NCBI GenBank assembly: GCA_947474705.1
Contig: CANJJS010000013.1
Location: 508 to 64,507, forward strand
Source: Acetobacteraceae bacterium
GTDB taxonomy: Bacteria > Pseudomonadota > Alphaproteobacteria > Acetobacterales > Acetobacteraceae
DNA: 64,000 bases
Direction: 5' to 3'
The notes beneath the pieces were generated by a model. That model was not told the DNA's origin. It made no database searches and saw only the letters and a list, made by a program, of their open reading frames with translations. Shown piece by piece: positions 8,059 to 18,595 of this stretch. How positions within the stretch are numbered: the stretch's first letter is position 1; each line of letters starts with the position of its first letter. The position numbers and the translations under genes were made by a program.

Positions 8059-9077
8059 ATCCAAAGGTCCGGGAATTTCGCCGCCAGCCATCGGGTCAGA
8101 TGCGCGTTGACCGCGACGGGATTTTCCTGCGCCATCCAATGGCCGGTTTTCACCACGGCTTCCGTCAAATCGGAACAGCCCGCCCGCATCGGCTCCGCCA
8201 AACGCGACCGCACCGTCTCGCAAGTGTAATCGTATTCCCCATGCAAAAACAGCACCGGCATGTCCAGCCTCCCGCCGTTCACGGATGTCTCGGCATAAGC
8301 CGCGTTCGCCTCGGAATTCATGTACCAGGAATCCGGCCCGAAAAACCCATTACGGGTCAGCGCGGAAACATAGGCGTTCATATCCGCCTCGCTCAGCACA
8401 TCGGTATCCCGAGGCAGATCCGGCGCCGCATCGCGCCCGCCGAACCAGCCGCCATCGCGCCGGACAAACGCGGTTCGCGACGGCTTCCCAATCCCCGCCG
8501 GATCGCCCTTCCTGAACAGCGCCTTCACCGTCGCTTCGACATTCGCCTCGAACACCGTGTGCGCCTTTTCGAAATTCTCCCGATAGAACAACTGATATTC
8601 CCATTGCCCCGCGGGGAATTCGGCCTCCGGATAAATACCCCGATCGATCAGGTCCGCGATCGCGCGCGGCCCAAATCCCTTGGGAAAATACGGCACGCAG
8701 AGGTTCGCGACACCATGGCAACGATCCGGATGATGGCTGGCGATGCTCCAAACCACCGGCGCGCCCCAGTCATGCCCCACCCAGATGGCCTTTTGATTAC
8801 CCAGGCTGTCCAGTAACGCGATCATGTCGGCGGCGATCTGTTCCAGCGCGTAATCCTCGTGCCACGGATGCACCGTGGACCGCCCGTACCCCCGCATATC
8901 CGGCGCGATCGCCCGGAATCCCAACGCGGCGAGGTACGGCAACTGGTGCCGCCAGGAAATCGACATTTCCGGCCAGCCATGCACGAAAATCACCGGCGTC
9001 GCGTCCTTCGCCCCGCACGCCAGATAAAAACTCGTGTGCCGCGGCGATTTCACCGTGTGCTCGGTCACTGGAAACAT
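8055..9077 (-). CDS. Alpha/beta hydrolase, epoxide-hydrolase-like
   Basis: FVHGWPEMSISWRHQ (HGWP motif) and Asp nucleophile elbow VGHDWGAPV. Start is uncertain: ATG at 9077, 9083 or 9110. I chose 9077 for its spacing to GGGGGTG. The track ORF is extended upstream to 9251. Confidence 0.8.
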   Translation of the reverse strand: MFPVTEHTVKSPRHTSFYLACGAKDATPVIFVHGWPEMSISWRHQLPYLAALGFRAIAPDMRGYGRSTVHPWHEDYALEQIAADMIALLDSLGNQKAIWVGHDWGAPVVWSIASHHPDRCHGVANLCVPYFPKGFGPRAIADLIDRGIYPEAEFPAGQWEYQLFYRENFEKAHTVFEANVEATVKALFRKGDPAGIGKPSRTAFVRRDGGWFGGRDAAPDLPRDTDVLSEADMNAYVSALTRNGFFGPDSWYMNSEANAAYAETSVNGGRLDMPVLFLHGEYDYTCETVRSRLAEPMRAGCSDLTEAVVKTGHWMAQENPVAVNAHLTRWLAAKFPDLWI

Positions 9078-9183
9078 GGCCATCACCCCCAGAAAAAGTT
9101 CCACGACCATAAGGGCATCGCGACATATTGAGCAACGCGCCCCATCCGCGCACACTCGCGCCCACAAACACCGGGAGACGCCG

Positions 9184-11205
9184 ATGAACAGGATCGCATT
9201 GCGGATTGACGACCGCCGCCCCTTCGCCAACGGCCAGCCATTCGGCGACACCGGCCCCTACGAGCGCCTCTCCGGCCGCGCCTTGTTCGCCATCGACCCG
9301 CTGGCGGAGGCCAACCGCGACGTCGTCGACCTCGAAAACGCCCCGCGCGATGCCGAGGGCCTGGTCCGTTTCGAGGCCGATTTCATGATCCTGACACCGG
9401 CCGATCCCGCCAAGGCCAACCGCCGGGTCTTTTACGACTACGGCAACCGCGGTCATAAACGCGCCCTGCAATTCTTCAACGACGCCGTTCACAGCAACGA
9501 CCCCTTAATCCCCGCGCATGCCGGCAACGGCTTCTTCATGCGCCGCGGGTATTCCGTCGCCTGGGTTGCCTGGGAGGGCGACATGCTCCCCGGCGACGGC
9601 CGCATGGTGCTCGACGTCCCCGTCGCGACGGAGAACGGCCAAACCATAACGGACAAAATTCGCGTCGAGTTTATTCCGGATGCGCCCGGCGCCACCACAT
9701 ACCCGCTCAGCGGACGCGTCGCCGCCCATTCCTACCGCACGGCATCGATGGACACGCGGGACGCCGTTTTCACGCGGCGGCGCTACCCCTACGACACACC
9801 GGAGGTCATTCCATCGGACCAATGGTCTTTCGCGACGGACATGTCCGGCATGGGCGCCGAAACAAAAGTCGCCGAGCGCGCCATCGCCCCCTCCGACTGG
9901 CATATTTTTTATCCGGCGGGCTTTCAACCCGGCTGGATTTACGAACTGATCTACACGGCGAAGGACCCGAAAATCATGGGTCTCGGGCATGTGGCCGTCC
10001 GCGATTTCGTCAGCTTTTTGAAATACGACGAAACCGCCGCCAATCCGCTGAAAGGCACCGAAAAAGCCTATGGCTGGGGCCGCTCTCAAACCGGCCGCTG
10101 CCTCCGCGATTTCGTTTATCGTGGCTATAACGCGGACGCCCAGGGCCGAAAAGTGTTCGACGGGGTGATGCCGCACGTGGCGGGGGCGGGCCGGAAATGG
10201 ATGAACCATCGGTTTTCCAACCCCATCGTGTCGGGCGGCCAACAATACGAAGACCATTTCAACATCGCGGATTCATTCCCCTTCTCCTACGCCTGGTCCA
10301 CCGATCACCTGACAGGCAAACGCGACGCGATTTTGAAACGCTCGGAGACCGATCCGCTGGTGTTCCATACCCAGACCTCGACGGAGTACTGGGTCCGCCG
10401 AGGCTCCCTGGCCCACACCGACACCCAGGGCAACGATCTCCCGCAACCCGAAACCGTACGAGTCTACTGCTGGTCCAGCAGCCAACATTCCGCGAACCCG
10501 CTGCTCAAAGCCCCCGAAAAAGGGATCGGCCGCCATTATTCCAACAACGTCGCCACCTCCATGTTCTTCCGCGCCATGCTGGACGCCATGGATGCATGGG
10601 CCACCACCGGCCAATCCCCGCCAGACAGCCGCATTCCCACCCGAGCCGACAACACCCTCGTCGATTACGCCACCTGGAAAGCGCAATTCCCCGCCATTCC
10701 TGGCGTCATGACCCTGGCCTGCCCGAATGTTCTGCCACTGCTGGATTTCGGCCCCGACGCCGATAAGGGGATTCTGCGGGAGCCGCCGGTTTTGGTGCAC
10801 GGAAAGAACGACCCCGACGGTCCCGGCCTCAGCTACACCGTCCTCGTGCCCGCGGTCGACGTCGACGGCAACGACATTCCCGGTGTCCGCGCCCCCATGG
10901 TCCAGGCGCCCCTGGGCACCTACACCGGCTGGAACCCTCGCGCGCATGGGTTCGGCCACGGCGTCCAGTGGCGCTTCGAGGGCAGCTACATCCCCTTCCC
11001 GGAAACGCAGTCGGAAAAAGCCGCCACCGGCGACCCCCGCGCGCCCGTCCTCGATCGCTACCCCACCAAACAAGCCTACCAAAACGCCATCGTCGCCGCC
11101 GCGCGAGACCTGGTCGCGCAAGGCCTGATGCTGGAGGAAGACGTCGCGCGATGCGCCGACATGGCCGCCGACTGGGGACGGCCACGCCACGACATCGCGC
11201 TGTAG
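9184..11205 (+). CDS. Uncharacterised ~673-aa alpha/beta-hydrolase-domain protein
   Basis: Internal ATG (MNRIALRIDD) with GGGAGA upstream. Serine-elbow-like GWGRSQTGRCLRDF. Non-repetitive sequence throughout. Family recalled only as an 'alpha/beta hydrolase domain-containing protein'. Confidence 0.65.
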   Translation: MNRIALRIDDRRPFANGQPFGDTGPYERLSGRALFAIDPLAEANRDVVDLENAPRDAEGLVRFEADFMILTPADPAKANRRVFYDYGNRGHKRALQFFNDAVHSNDPLIPAHAGNGFFMRRGYSVAWVAWEGDMLPGDGRMVLDVPVATENGQTITDKIRVEFIPDAPGATTYPLSGRVAAHSYRTASMDTRDAVFTRRRYPYDTPEVIPSDQWSFATDMSGMGAETKVAERAIAPSDWHIFYPAGFQPGWIYELIYTAKDPKIMGLGHVAVRDFVSFLKYDETAANPLKGTEKAYGWGRSQTGRCLRDFVYRGYNADAQGRKVFDGVMPHVAGAGRKWMNHRFSNPIVSGGQQYEDHFNIADSFPFSYAWSTDHLTGKRDAILKRSETDPLVFHTQTSTEYWVRRGSLAHTDTQGNDLPQPETVRVYCWSSSQHSANPLLKAPEKGIGRHYSNNVATSMFFRAMLDAMDAWATTGQSPPDSRIPTRADNTLVDYATWKAQFPAIPGVMTLACPNVLPLLDFGPDADKGILREPPVLVHGKNDPDGPGLSYTVLVPAVDVDGNDIPGVRAPMVQAPLGTYTGWNPRAHGFGHGVQWRFEGSYIPFPETQSEKAATGDPRAPVLDRYPTKQAYQNAIVAAARDLVAQGLMLEEDVARCADMAADWGRPRHDIAL

Positions 11206-11212
11206 CCAGACG

Positions 11213-11770
11213 TCAGAACGGGATTTCGTCGTCCAGATCGCCGCCCTTCGGCGCATCCCAGGACGGCGCGCCCCCGGCCGGAGCCCGCGTGCCACTGGCG
11301 GCCCGTGCCGCGGGCGCCCGCGCCGGCGCGCGACTCGGCGCCGAATATCCGCCGCCCCCGCCGCTTTCCATGTCTCCGCCCCCGCCGTAGCCACCGGAGT
11401 CGCCCCCGCCGCCCGCGCCGCGGGTGTCCAGCATCGTCATGACACCGGTGAAATTCTGGATCACGACCTCCGTCGTGAAACGCTCCTGACCGCCCTGATC
11501 CGTCCATTTCCGCGTCTGCAACGCGCCCTCGACATAAATCTTCGCGCCCTTCTTCAGGTATTTCTCGGCGACGTCGGCGATCCGCTCGTTAAAGATGACG
11601 ACCCGATGCCACTCCGTCCGTTCCTTCCGCTCGCCAGAGGCGCGGTCGTTCCAGGTATCGCTGGTCGCCAGCGCCAGGTTGACGATCTTGCCGCCGGTCT
11701 GAGTCGTCCGCACTTCCGGGTCGCGCCCCAGATTGCCGACCAGAATGACCTTGTTGACGCTGCCAGCCAT
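11213..11770 (-). CDS. ssb: Single-stranded DNA-binding protein
   Basis: OB-fold N-terminus [17 protein letters not shown]...TEWHRVVIF, a Gly-rich linker and an acidic tail DLDDEIPF. Confidence 0.97.
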   Translation of the reverse strand: MAGSVNKVILVGNLGRDPEVRTTQTGGKIVNLALATSDTWNDRASGERKERTEWHRVVIFNERIADVAEKYLKKGAKIYVEGALQTRKWTDQGGQERFTTEVVIQNFTGVMTMLDTRGAGGGGDSGGYGGGGDMESGGGGGYSAPSRAPARAPAARAASGTRAPAGGAPSWDAPKGGDLDDEIPF

Positions 11771-11862
11771 TGAGAGGCTCCCTTCATGATCCGATGGGAT
11801 TAGGGTAACGGGAATTGGTTAACAACCCTTCCACACCGGTTGCAATTTTGCCACGGATCGTG

Positions 11863-11877
11863 GAACATCCATAGAAC
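11863..11877. promoter_or_regulatory. Alphaproteobacterial LexA (SOS) box GAAC-N7-GAAC in the ssb/uvrA divergent intergenic region
   Basis: GAACATCCATAGAAC read directly, 29 nt upstream of the uvrA ATG. It matches the GTTC-N7-GTTC direct-repeat SOS operator described for Alphaproteobacteria. Confidence 0.7.
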
Positions 11878-11905
11878 AAATCGCCGCGCGGCAACAGGGG
11901 TATCA

Positions 11906-14767
11906 ATGGCCGGTTCCATCGTCGTGCGGGGCGCGCGCGAACATAACCTGAAAAACATCGACGTTTCGATCCCGCGCGACGCGTTGACCGTCATCACCGG
12001 CCTCTCGGGGTCCGGCAAATCCTCGCTCGCCTTCGACACCATCTACGCCGAGGGACAGCGCCGCTACGTCGAGTCGCTTTCCGCCTACGCCCGCCAGTTC
12101 CTGGAACTGATGGGCAAACCCGACGTCGACAGTATCGAGGGCCTGTCCCCGGCCATCTCCATCGAGCAGAAAACCACCAGCCGCAACCCACGCTCCACCG
12201 TTGGCACGGTCACCGAAATTCACGACTATATGCGCCTGCTCTGGGCCCGCGTCGGCGTCCCCTATTCCCCCGCCACCGGACTGCCCATCGAGGCCCAGAC
12301 CGTCTCCCAAATGACCGACCGCGTGCTGGCGATGCAAGAAGGCACCCGCCTTATGATCCTCGCGCCCGTCGTTCGCGACCGTAAAGGCGAATACCGCAAG
12401 GAACTCGCCGAATTGCAACGCCGCGGCTTCACCCGCGTCAAAGTCGACGGCACGGTTTACGAAATCGCCGAAGTTCCCGCGCTGAAACGCAACATCCGTC
12501 ACGAAATCGACGCGGTGATCGACCGAATCGTCGTCCGCGACGGCATCGCCTCCCGCCTCGCCGACAGCTTCGAAACCGCTTTGTCTTTGTCCGAAGGCAT
12601 CGTCTACGCCGAAAACGCCGACAGCGGCGAACGCACGATATTCTCCTCGAAATTCGCCTGCCCGGTCTCAGGTTTCACGATTGAGGAAATCGAGCCCCGC
12701 CTGTTCAGCTTCAACTCGCCTCACGGCGCCTGCCCCGCCTGCGACGGCCTCGGCGTCGAAAAATTCTTCGATCCCGATCTCGCCGTTCCCGACGAACGAC
12801 TCGCCCTCGCCGACGGCGCCATCGCCCCATGGGCTGGCTCACAAATCCCTTATTACGATCAAACCCTCCAAAGCCTCGCCCGCCATTTGGGAATCACCAC
12901 CAAAACCCCCTGGCGAGACCTGCCCGCGACAGCCCGCGACGCCATCCTCGACGGCACCGCCGACGAAGCCGTCTCCTTTACTTATAAGGACGGCGTACGT
13001 TCATATAACGTGACAAAATCCTTCGAAGGCGTGCTCCGCAACCTCGAACGCCGCCTACGCGAAACCGACAGCGCCTGGGTGCGGGAAGAAATGTCCCGCT
13101 ACCAATCCGAAAAACCCTGCTCGACTTGCGCAGGCGCGCGCCTGAAACCCGAAGCCCTTTCCGTCCGGGTCGGTGGCAAAAATATCGCCGAGGCCTCGGA
13201 CCTCTCGATCCGCACCGCCAACGAATGGTTCGCCGGCGTCCTCCAAACCCTGACCCCGCAACGCGCCGAAATCGCCGGCCGCATCCTCCGCGAAATCGGC
13301 GACCGCCTGCGCTTCCTCGTCGATGTCGGCCTGGACTATTTAACACTCGCCCGCGGATCCGCCACCTTGTCCGGCGGCGAATCGCAACGCATCCGGCTGG
13401 CCAGCCAAATCGGCTCGGGACTGACCGGCGTTCTCTACGTCCTCGACGAACCCTCCATCGGCCTGCACCAGCGCGACAACGAACGCCTCCTGGTCACCCT
13501 CCGCCGCCTGCGCGATCTCGGCAACACCGTGCTCGTCGTCGAACACGACGAAGACGCCATCCGCGCCGCCGACCACCTCATCGATATCGGCCCCCTCGCC
13601 GGAATCAACGGCGGCCATGTCATCGCCGAAGGCACGCCCGCCGAGGTCGCCGCGAACCCCAAATCCCTCACCGGAGATTACCTGTCGGGCCGCAGGCGCA
13701 TCGAAGTCCCGCCCATGCGCCGTCCCTTGCAAAAAGACCGAGTCGTGAAAGTCGTGGGCGCCCGAGCCAACAACCTTAAACGCATCGACGCGTCTTTCCC
13801 GTTGGGCACCTTCACCTGCGTCACCGGAGTCTCCGGCGGCGGAAAATCCACCCTTGTGATCGATACCCTGTTCAAGGCCGCCGCCAGACGCCTGATGGGC
13901 GCCGGCGAATCCCCCGCGGCACACGACCATATCGAGGGCCTCGATCTGCTGGATAAAATCATCGACATCGACCAATCCCCGATCGGCCGCACGCCCCGAT
14001 CCAACCCCGCGACCTATACCGACCTCTTCGCCCCCATCCGCGATTGGTTCGCCGAACTCCCCGAAGCCCGGGCACGCGGCTACAAACCCGGACGCTTCTC
14101 CTTCAACGTCAAAGGCGGGCGTTGCGAGGCCTGCCAGGGCGACGGCGTGCTGAAAATCGAAATGCACTTTCTGCCCGACGTCTACGTCACCTGCGACACC
14201 TGCAAGGGACGCCGCTACAACCGCGAAACCCTGGAAATCAAATTCCGCGACAAATCGATCGCCGAGGTCCTGGCGATGACCGTCGACGAAGCCGTCCCCT
14301 ATTTCAGCGCCCAGACCCGCATTCACGACCGTCTGAAAATCCTGCAACAGGTCGGTCTGGGCTACATCGCCCTCGGACAACAAGCCACGACTTTGTCTGG
14401 CGGCGAGGCGCAACGCATCAAACTCTCGAAAGAACTCGCCCGGCGCGCCACCGGCCGCACGCTCTATATCCTCGACGAACCCACCACGGGCCTGCATTTC
14501 GAGGACGTGCGAAAACTCCTCGAAGTCCTGCATGCCCTCGTGGACCAGGGCAACACCGTCGTCGTCATCGAGCACAATCTGGAAGTCATCAAAACCGCCG
14601 ATTGGATTCTCGACCTCGGGCCCGAAGGCGGCGACGGCGGCGGCCGCATCGTCGCGGAGGGCACGCCAGAAGAGATCGCGGCGGCACCGGGAAGCCACAC
14701 CGGCCGGTTTCTCGCGCCGCTCCTGGAACGCCTCGCACCCACCAAGAAAACCCGCAGGCGCGCCTGA
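11906..14767 (+). CDS. uvrA: Excinuclease ABC subunit A
   Basis: [20 protein letters not shown]. Two ABC ATPase modules ([18 protein letters not shown]; [16 protein letters not shown]). Zinc fingers CPACDGLG and CEACQGDG. The track ORF is extended 66 nt upstream. Confidence 0.98.
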   Translation: MAGSIVVRGAREHNLKNIDVSIPRDALTVITGLSGSGKSSLAFDTIYAEGQRRYVESLSAYARQFLELMGKPDVDSIEGLSPAISIEQKTTSRNPRSTVGTVTEIHDYMRLLWARVGVPYSPATGLPIEAQTVSQMTDRVLAMQEGTRLMILAPVVRDRKGEYRKELAELQRRGFTRVKVDGTVYEIAEVPALKRNIRHEIDAVIDRIVVRDGIASRLADSFETALSLSEGIVYAENADSGERTIFSSKFACPVSGFTIEEIEPRLFSFNSPHGACPACDGLGVEKFFDPDLAVPDERLALADGAIAPWAGSQIPYYDQTLQSLARHLGITTKTPWRDLPATARDAILDGTADEAVSFTYKDGVRSYNVTKSFEGVLRNLERRLRETDSAWVREEMSRYQSEKPCSTCAGARLKPEALSVRVGGKNIAEASDLSIRTANEWFAGVLQTLTPQRAEIAGRILREIGDRLRFLVDVGLDYLTLARGSATLSGGESQRIRLASQIGSGLTGVLYVLDEPSIGLHQRDNERLLVTLRRLRDLGNTVLVVEHDEDAIRAADHLIDIGPLAGINGGHVIAEGTPAEVAANPKSLTGDYLSGRRRIEVPPMRRPLQKDRVVKVVGARANNLKRIDASFPLGTFTCVTGVSGGGKSTLVIDTLFKAAARRLMGAGESPAAHDHIEGLDLLDKIIDIDQSPIGRTPRSNPATYTDLFAPIRDWFAELPEARARGYKPGRFSFNVKGGRCEACQGDGVLKIEMHFLPDVYVTCDTCKGRRYNRETLEIKFRDKSIAEVLAMTVDEAVPYFSAQTRIHDRLKILQQVGLGYIALGQQATTLSGGEAQRIKLSKELARRATGRTLYILDEPTTGLHFEDVRKLLEVLHALVDQGNTVVVIEHNLEVIKTADWILDLGPEGGDGGGRIVAEGTPEEIAAAPGSHTGRFLAPLLERLAPTKKTRRRA

Positions 14768-14774
14768 CCGGCCC

Positions 14775-15341
14775 TCAACCCGCCGTCAGATCCGCGTCCA
14801 TGCCCGTCGGAATCCCGTCGATGCTGCGGACATTCTTCTCCCGCCAATAATCCTCGATCCCCTCGGGCCCCTTGCGAGACGCCCAATTTTGCAACGTCGG
14901 CCGGTCCGCCTTGAACTCGTAAACCGGCACCGAATACCCGCAGGACGTCTGCACCGACTCAATATCCAGCGCGATCATCTGCCGCGCGCCCGGCGGTTCC
15001 TCGCCCGCGAACACACTGACCAGCAGCCGCGCATAGTCCTCGCTCCGGCGAGGCAACACCCGCCCATGCCCGTATAACCGCAAAATATTCGGCGGCCCCT
15101 CGAACGCGCAGAACATGATCGTCAGCCGTCCATCAGCCCGGACATGCGCCGCCGTCTCGTTCCCGCTTCCCGTCTGATCCAGATAAACCACCGTCGTCTC
15201 GTCCAGCACCCGCAGACAATCCGACCCTTTCGGCGACAGATTGATTCGCGCGCCCTCGGAGACGCTCGCCGTGAAGAACATTTTCTGCCGCTCGATGAAT
15301 TCCCGAATCGGCGGCGCGATCTTCTTGAAAAACTGAGACAT
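14775..15341 (-). CDS. Pyridoxamine 5'-phosphate oxidase family (FMN-binding split-barrel) protein
   Basis: 188 aa with ATG start. FFTASVSEGARINLSPKGSD...VVYLDQTGSGNETAAH is typical of the PNPOx-related family. Confidence 0.8.
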   Translation of the reverse strand: MSQFFKKIAPPIREFIERQKMFFTASVSEGARINLSPKGSDCLRVLDETTVVYLDQTGSGNETAAHVRADGRLTIMFCAFEGPPNILRLYGHGRVLPRRSEDYARLLVSVFAGEEPPGARQMIALDIESVQTSCGYSVPVYEFKADRPTLQNWASRKGPEGIEDYWREKNVRSIDGIPTGMDADLTAG

Positions 15342-15353
15342 GGCGAAGCCTTT

Positions 15354-15383
15354 CCCGCGCCCGCCCGAATGAACGGGCGCGGG
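15354..15383 (-). terminator. GC-rich hairpin downstream of the esterase gene (terminator-like, no U-tract)
   Basis: Perfect 10-bp stem CCCGCGCCCG/CGGGCGCGGG with a 10-nt loop, 8 nt after the stop at 15392. No T-run follows on the minus strand. Confidence 0.35.
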
Positions 15384-15391
15384 GCCAAAAG

Positions 15392-16228
15392 TTACTTCAG
15401 GAACCGATGGAAGAACGACGCCGTCGACTCAGGCGAGGTCTTCGCCTTTGTCTCATTGTCGATATATAACGTCTCGATGAACCCGCCGGCCTTCCGGTAG
15501 TTCAACGAGAACCGCAGCGGCTCGTTCCAGTCCACCGGCGACGTCGGATCGCGGTAATCGTGAGTCTGGTCCGGCTGCCCCTGGAGCCACAATGTCGGCG
15601 GCGTCAGGACCTTCTCGCCCTTTTCCAAAATCCCGATCGGATTGCCTTCGGCCATCGCGGCCTCGGACTTCCAGTACATCTCCTGCCGTTCCGGAATATT
15701 CCCAATCCATGCCGGCGGCGTCGCGCTGTCGCGCAGCCGCCGCGCGTGCTGATAGCGTGAGATCGGATTGATCACCGGCCACTGCATCACGATCGCCTGC
15801 ACCGTCGCATCCACACCCGCCGGCCCCTCGATCGCGGCATAACGCGGATCGTTCGGCCGCATCGCCACCAGCATCGCCAGATGCCCGCCGCTGCTGGTGC
15901 CCGACAAACCGACCTGAGCCGGATTGCCGTTCAGCTTCTTCGCGTTCGATTTCATCCAGCGAATGGCATAGTTGATGTCGGCCAGCGACGTCGGATACCC
16001 ATCCGCCCCATGCCGGAAATTCGTCGCCGCGACGACGAACCCGCTGGCGGCCAGCACCTGATCGCGCGCGTCGCAATCCGCGAGGTCGCCCGAACTCCAG
16101 GCCCCGCCGTGCAGATCGATAATCATCGGGAACGGCCCATCGCCGCTGGGCTTGTACAGTTTCATCATATACGGCGTATCGCCGTGACGAATATATTCGA
16201 CGGTCTCTGTCGTGAACGCGTAGGGCAT
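15392..16228 (-). CDS. Alpha/beta hydrolase fold-3 esterase/lipase (HSL family)
   Basis: Internal ATG (MPYAFTT) with GGGAGAA upstream. HGG-type oxyanion motif DLHGGAWSSGD and serine elbow GTSSGGHLA. Confidence 0.8.
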   Translation of the reverse strand: MPYAFTTETVEYIRHGDTPYMMKLYKPSGDGPFPMIIDLHGGAWSSGDLADCDARDQVLAASGFVVAATNFRHGADGYPTSLADINYAIRWMKSNAKKLNGNPAQVGLSGTSSGGHLAMLVAMRPNDPRYAAIEGPAGVDATVQAIVMQWPVINPISRYQHARRLRDSATPPAWIGNIPERQEMYWKSEAAMAEGNPIGILEKGEKVLTPPTLWLQGQPDQTHDYRDPTSPVDWNEPLRFSLNYRKAGGFIETLYIDNETKAKTSPESTASFFHRFLK

Positions 16229-16310
16229 TGGGGTTCTCCCTTCCAAACGCCGCTCTCCGGCGGCACGGTGCGGTTCGATAAACGCCGATAGCGAGGAAAC
16301 CATACCCCCC

Positions 16311-17504
16311 ATGAGCGCCTCCGGACAATCCATAAGCCGCAAGCGCCTGGGCGCGGTGCTCGGCGTCAACCAAACCCTGTCCTGGGGAATGACCTTCTAC
16401 CTCCCCGCCGTCGTCGCTGTTCCCGCCGCCAACGACCTTGGCGTCACCACCTTCTCGCTGCTTGGCGCCTTTTCGCTGTCCCTCCTCATCAGCGGGTTCT
16501 GCGCGCCCAGGGTCGGCGGCTGGATCGATAAGCATGGCGGCAAAGGGTCGATCGCGCTGAGCATCGTGGTCCTCTCCGCCGGCCTCGCCCTCCTCGCCGC
16601 CAGCCCGAACCTCGCGGTCTGGTATGCCGGCTGGATCGTCATCGGCGTGGGCATGGCCATGGGCCTCTACGACGCCGCCTTCGCCACCGCCGGAACCCTG
16701 CTCGGGCGAGACGCCGGTCCCACCATCACCGGAATCACCCTGTTCGCGGGTTTCGCCAGCACCGTGTTCTGGACCCTTGGCGCCGCCATTATCGGCCAAA
16801 CCGGCTGGCGAGGGCTGCTGGTCCTCTACATCGGCATCATGCTGCTTTTGAACCTGCCCATGGTCCTGGCCCTGGTCCCCCGCCTCGACCGAAACCTGAA
16901 GGAAGCGAAACCGGACCCCGGCCCGCGCATCCCCGTCAGCCGCCCGATCGTCGCCTGCCTCGCCGGCTTCTTCGCGCTGCGCTGGTTCATCACCTCCGCC
17001 ATCGCCGTCCATATTCTCGCCTTGCTCCACGGCATCGGCCTCAACGCGGCGGAGGCCGTCGTCGTCGCCTCGCTGATCGGACCTGGGCAGGTGGCCGGCC
17101 GGGTCCTCGAAGCGACCATAGGACGAAAATTCGGACTTTTGCTACGCGCCCGCCTCGGCGCGCTGTTCTTCCCGCTGGGCGCGATGATCCTGCCGCTGGG
17201 CGGGCCGGTCGCGGCCACCGGCTTCGCGCTGCTTTACGGCATGAGCAACGGCATCCTGACCATCAACCGAGGCACGCTGCCCTTGGCGCTGTTCGGCCCC
17301 AACGGTTACGCGACCGTGCTGGGATGGCTCGCCGTGCCGGTGCAACTGGCGCAGGCCATCGCTCCCACGCTCGCCGCGCCGGTCGTCGCCGCCTTGCCCG
17401 CGCTCTGGGTTTTCGGGATCGCTGGCCTTCTGGGCCTCGCCGCGGCGCTGCTGCTGTTGCCGCTGCGCCTGCCGCCGGATCAGAGCCCGCCCAGAAAGGC
17501 CTGA
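16311..17504 (+). CDS. MFS transporter
   Basis: 397 aa and about 12 hydrophobic helices. MFS-like loop CAPRVGGWIDKHGGK after TM2. Confidence 0.8.
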   Translation: MSASGQSISRKRLGAVLGVNQTLSWGMTFYLPAVVAVPAANDLGVTTFSLLGAFSLSLLISGFCAPRVGGWIDKHGGKGSIALSIVVLSAGLALLAASPNLAVWYAGWIVIGVGMAMGLYDAAFATAGTLLGRDAGPTITGITLFAGFASTVFWTLGAAIIGQTGWRGLLVLYIGIMLLLNLPMVLALVPRLDRNLKEAKPDPGPRIPVSRPIVACLAGFFALRWFITSAIAVHILALLHGIGLNAAEAVVVASLIGPGQVAGRVLEATIGRKFGLLLRARLGALFFPLGAMILPLGGPVAATGFALLYGMSNGILTINRGTLPLALFGPNGYATVLGWLAVPVQLAQAIAPTLAAPVVAALPALWVFGIAGLLGLAAALLLLPLRLPPDQSPPRKA

Positions 17505-18391
17505 ATCGCGGCGATCGCCACCTCCGGCGCGTCCTCCTGAATGTAATGGCCCGCGCCCGGCACCTCGATCGCCGTGCCGTTCGGCCATAACCCGTTGAAA
17601 TCCGCCAGCGCCAACGCCGGCGGAATCGCGCGGTCCAACATCCCCTCGATCATGATCGCCGGTTTGGTCTTCAGCGCGGGCACGCCCGCCAAACCTTCCC
17701 GCACGAAATCCCGCACCCGGCCCAGCGCCAGATCGAGCGGAAACTCCATCGCGCCCTTGCAATCGGCCGGCGTGGGGAAGGGGGCCCCATAAGCGCGGAT
17801 AAACGTGGAATCGACCCGGTCCAGCCGCTCCAGCCCCACGATCTGCATCACCGACAAAATGGTCGAACCGAGTTGAGACAGCACCGCTTCCGTCCGGCCC
17901 GTGGCCATCCCCTCCCGGATCCACCGAAACCACGGCGTCTCCACGGGATTGGGCAGATCGCGCCGCCCCGCGCTGCCGTATCCGCAAACCGTGTTCATCA
18001 GCACGAGGCTGTGCACACGCCCCGGATGCCGCACGGCATATCCGATGCCGATCGGGCCGCCCCAGTCCTGCATGACCAGCGTGATGTCGCGGAGGTCCAG
18101 AGTCTCGATCAGCGCGGTCAGATTTTCGACATGGGTGGAGAGTGTATAAACGCGGTCCGCCGGCGTTTCGCTTTTGCCGAACCCCATGTGATCCGGCACC
18201 ACGACGCGATGCGACGCGGCCAGCGGCGGGATAAACCGCCGGTAAATATAACCCCAGGTCGGCTGCCCATGCAGCAATACCACCGGGCGGCCCATGCCTT
18301 CGTCCACATAATGCTGCAGGAACCCGGCGGCGGAACTGAATTTCGCCGCGAAAGGCCACGTGCCATCGAAGGTTTCATCCGCCTGTATCAT
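17480..18391 (-). CDS. Haloalkane-dehalogenase-like alpha/beta hydrolase
   Basis: LLHGQPTWGYIYRRFIP and Asp nucleophile elbow VMQDWGGPIG. The 3' end overlaps the convergent MFS gene by 25 nt. Confidence 0.8.
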   Translation of the reverse strand: MIQADETFDGTWPFAAKFSSAAGFLQHYVDEGMGRPVVLLHGQPTWGYIYRRFIPPLAASHRVVVPDHMGFGKSETPADRVYTLSTHVENLTALIETLDLRDITLVMQDWGGPIGIGYAVRHPGRVHSLVLMNTVCGYGSAGRRDLPNPVETPWFRWIREGMATGRTEAVLSQLGSTILSVMQIVGLERLDRVDSTFIRAYGAPFPTPADCKGAMEFPLDLALGRVRDFVREGLAGVPALKTKPAIMIEGMLDRAIPPALALADFNGLWPNGTAIEVPGAGHYIQEDAPEVAIAAIQAFLGGL

Positions 18392-18595
18392 CGCTTTCCC
18401 TCCCCGCGCAGGACCGGCGCGGTCATAACGCCTTGGCGGATTTTTCGCTCGCTTTTTTCGCCTGGGCCGCGAATAGTCCCCGTATTCGTCGCTGGCGGCG
18501 GGCTCTTACGGTCCCACCTTTCGATCCCGCCGCCGCGCGTGGCCGAGTTGAACGAAAACAATGGCCCGGTCAGGGTCATAAAGGGAGCACACGAC

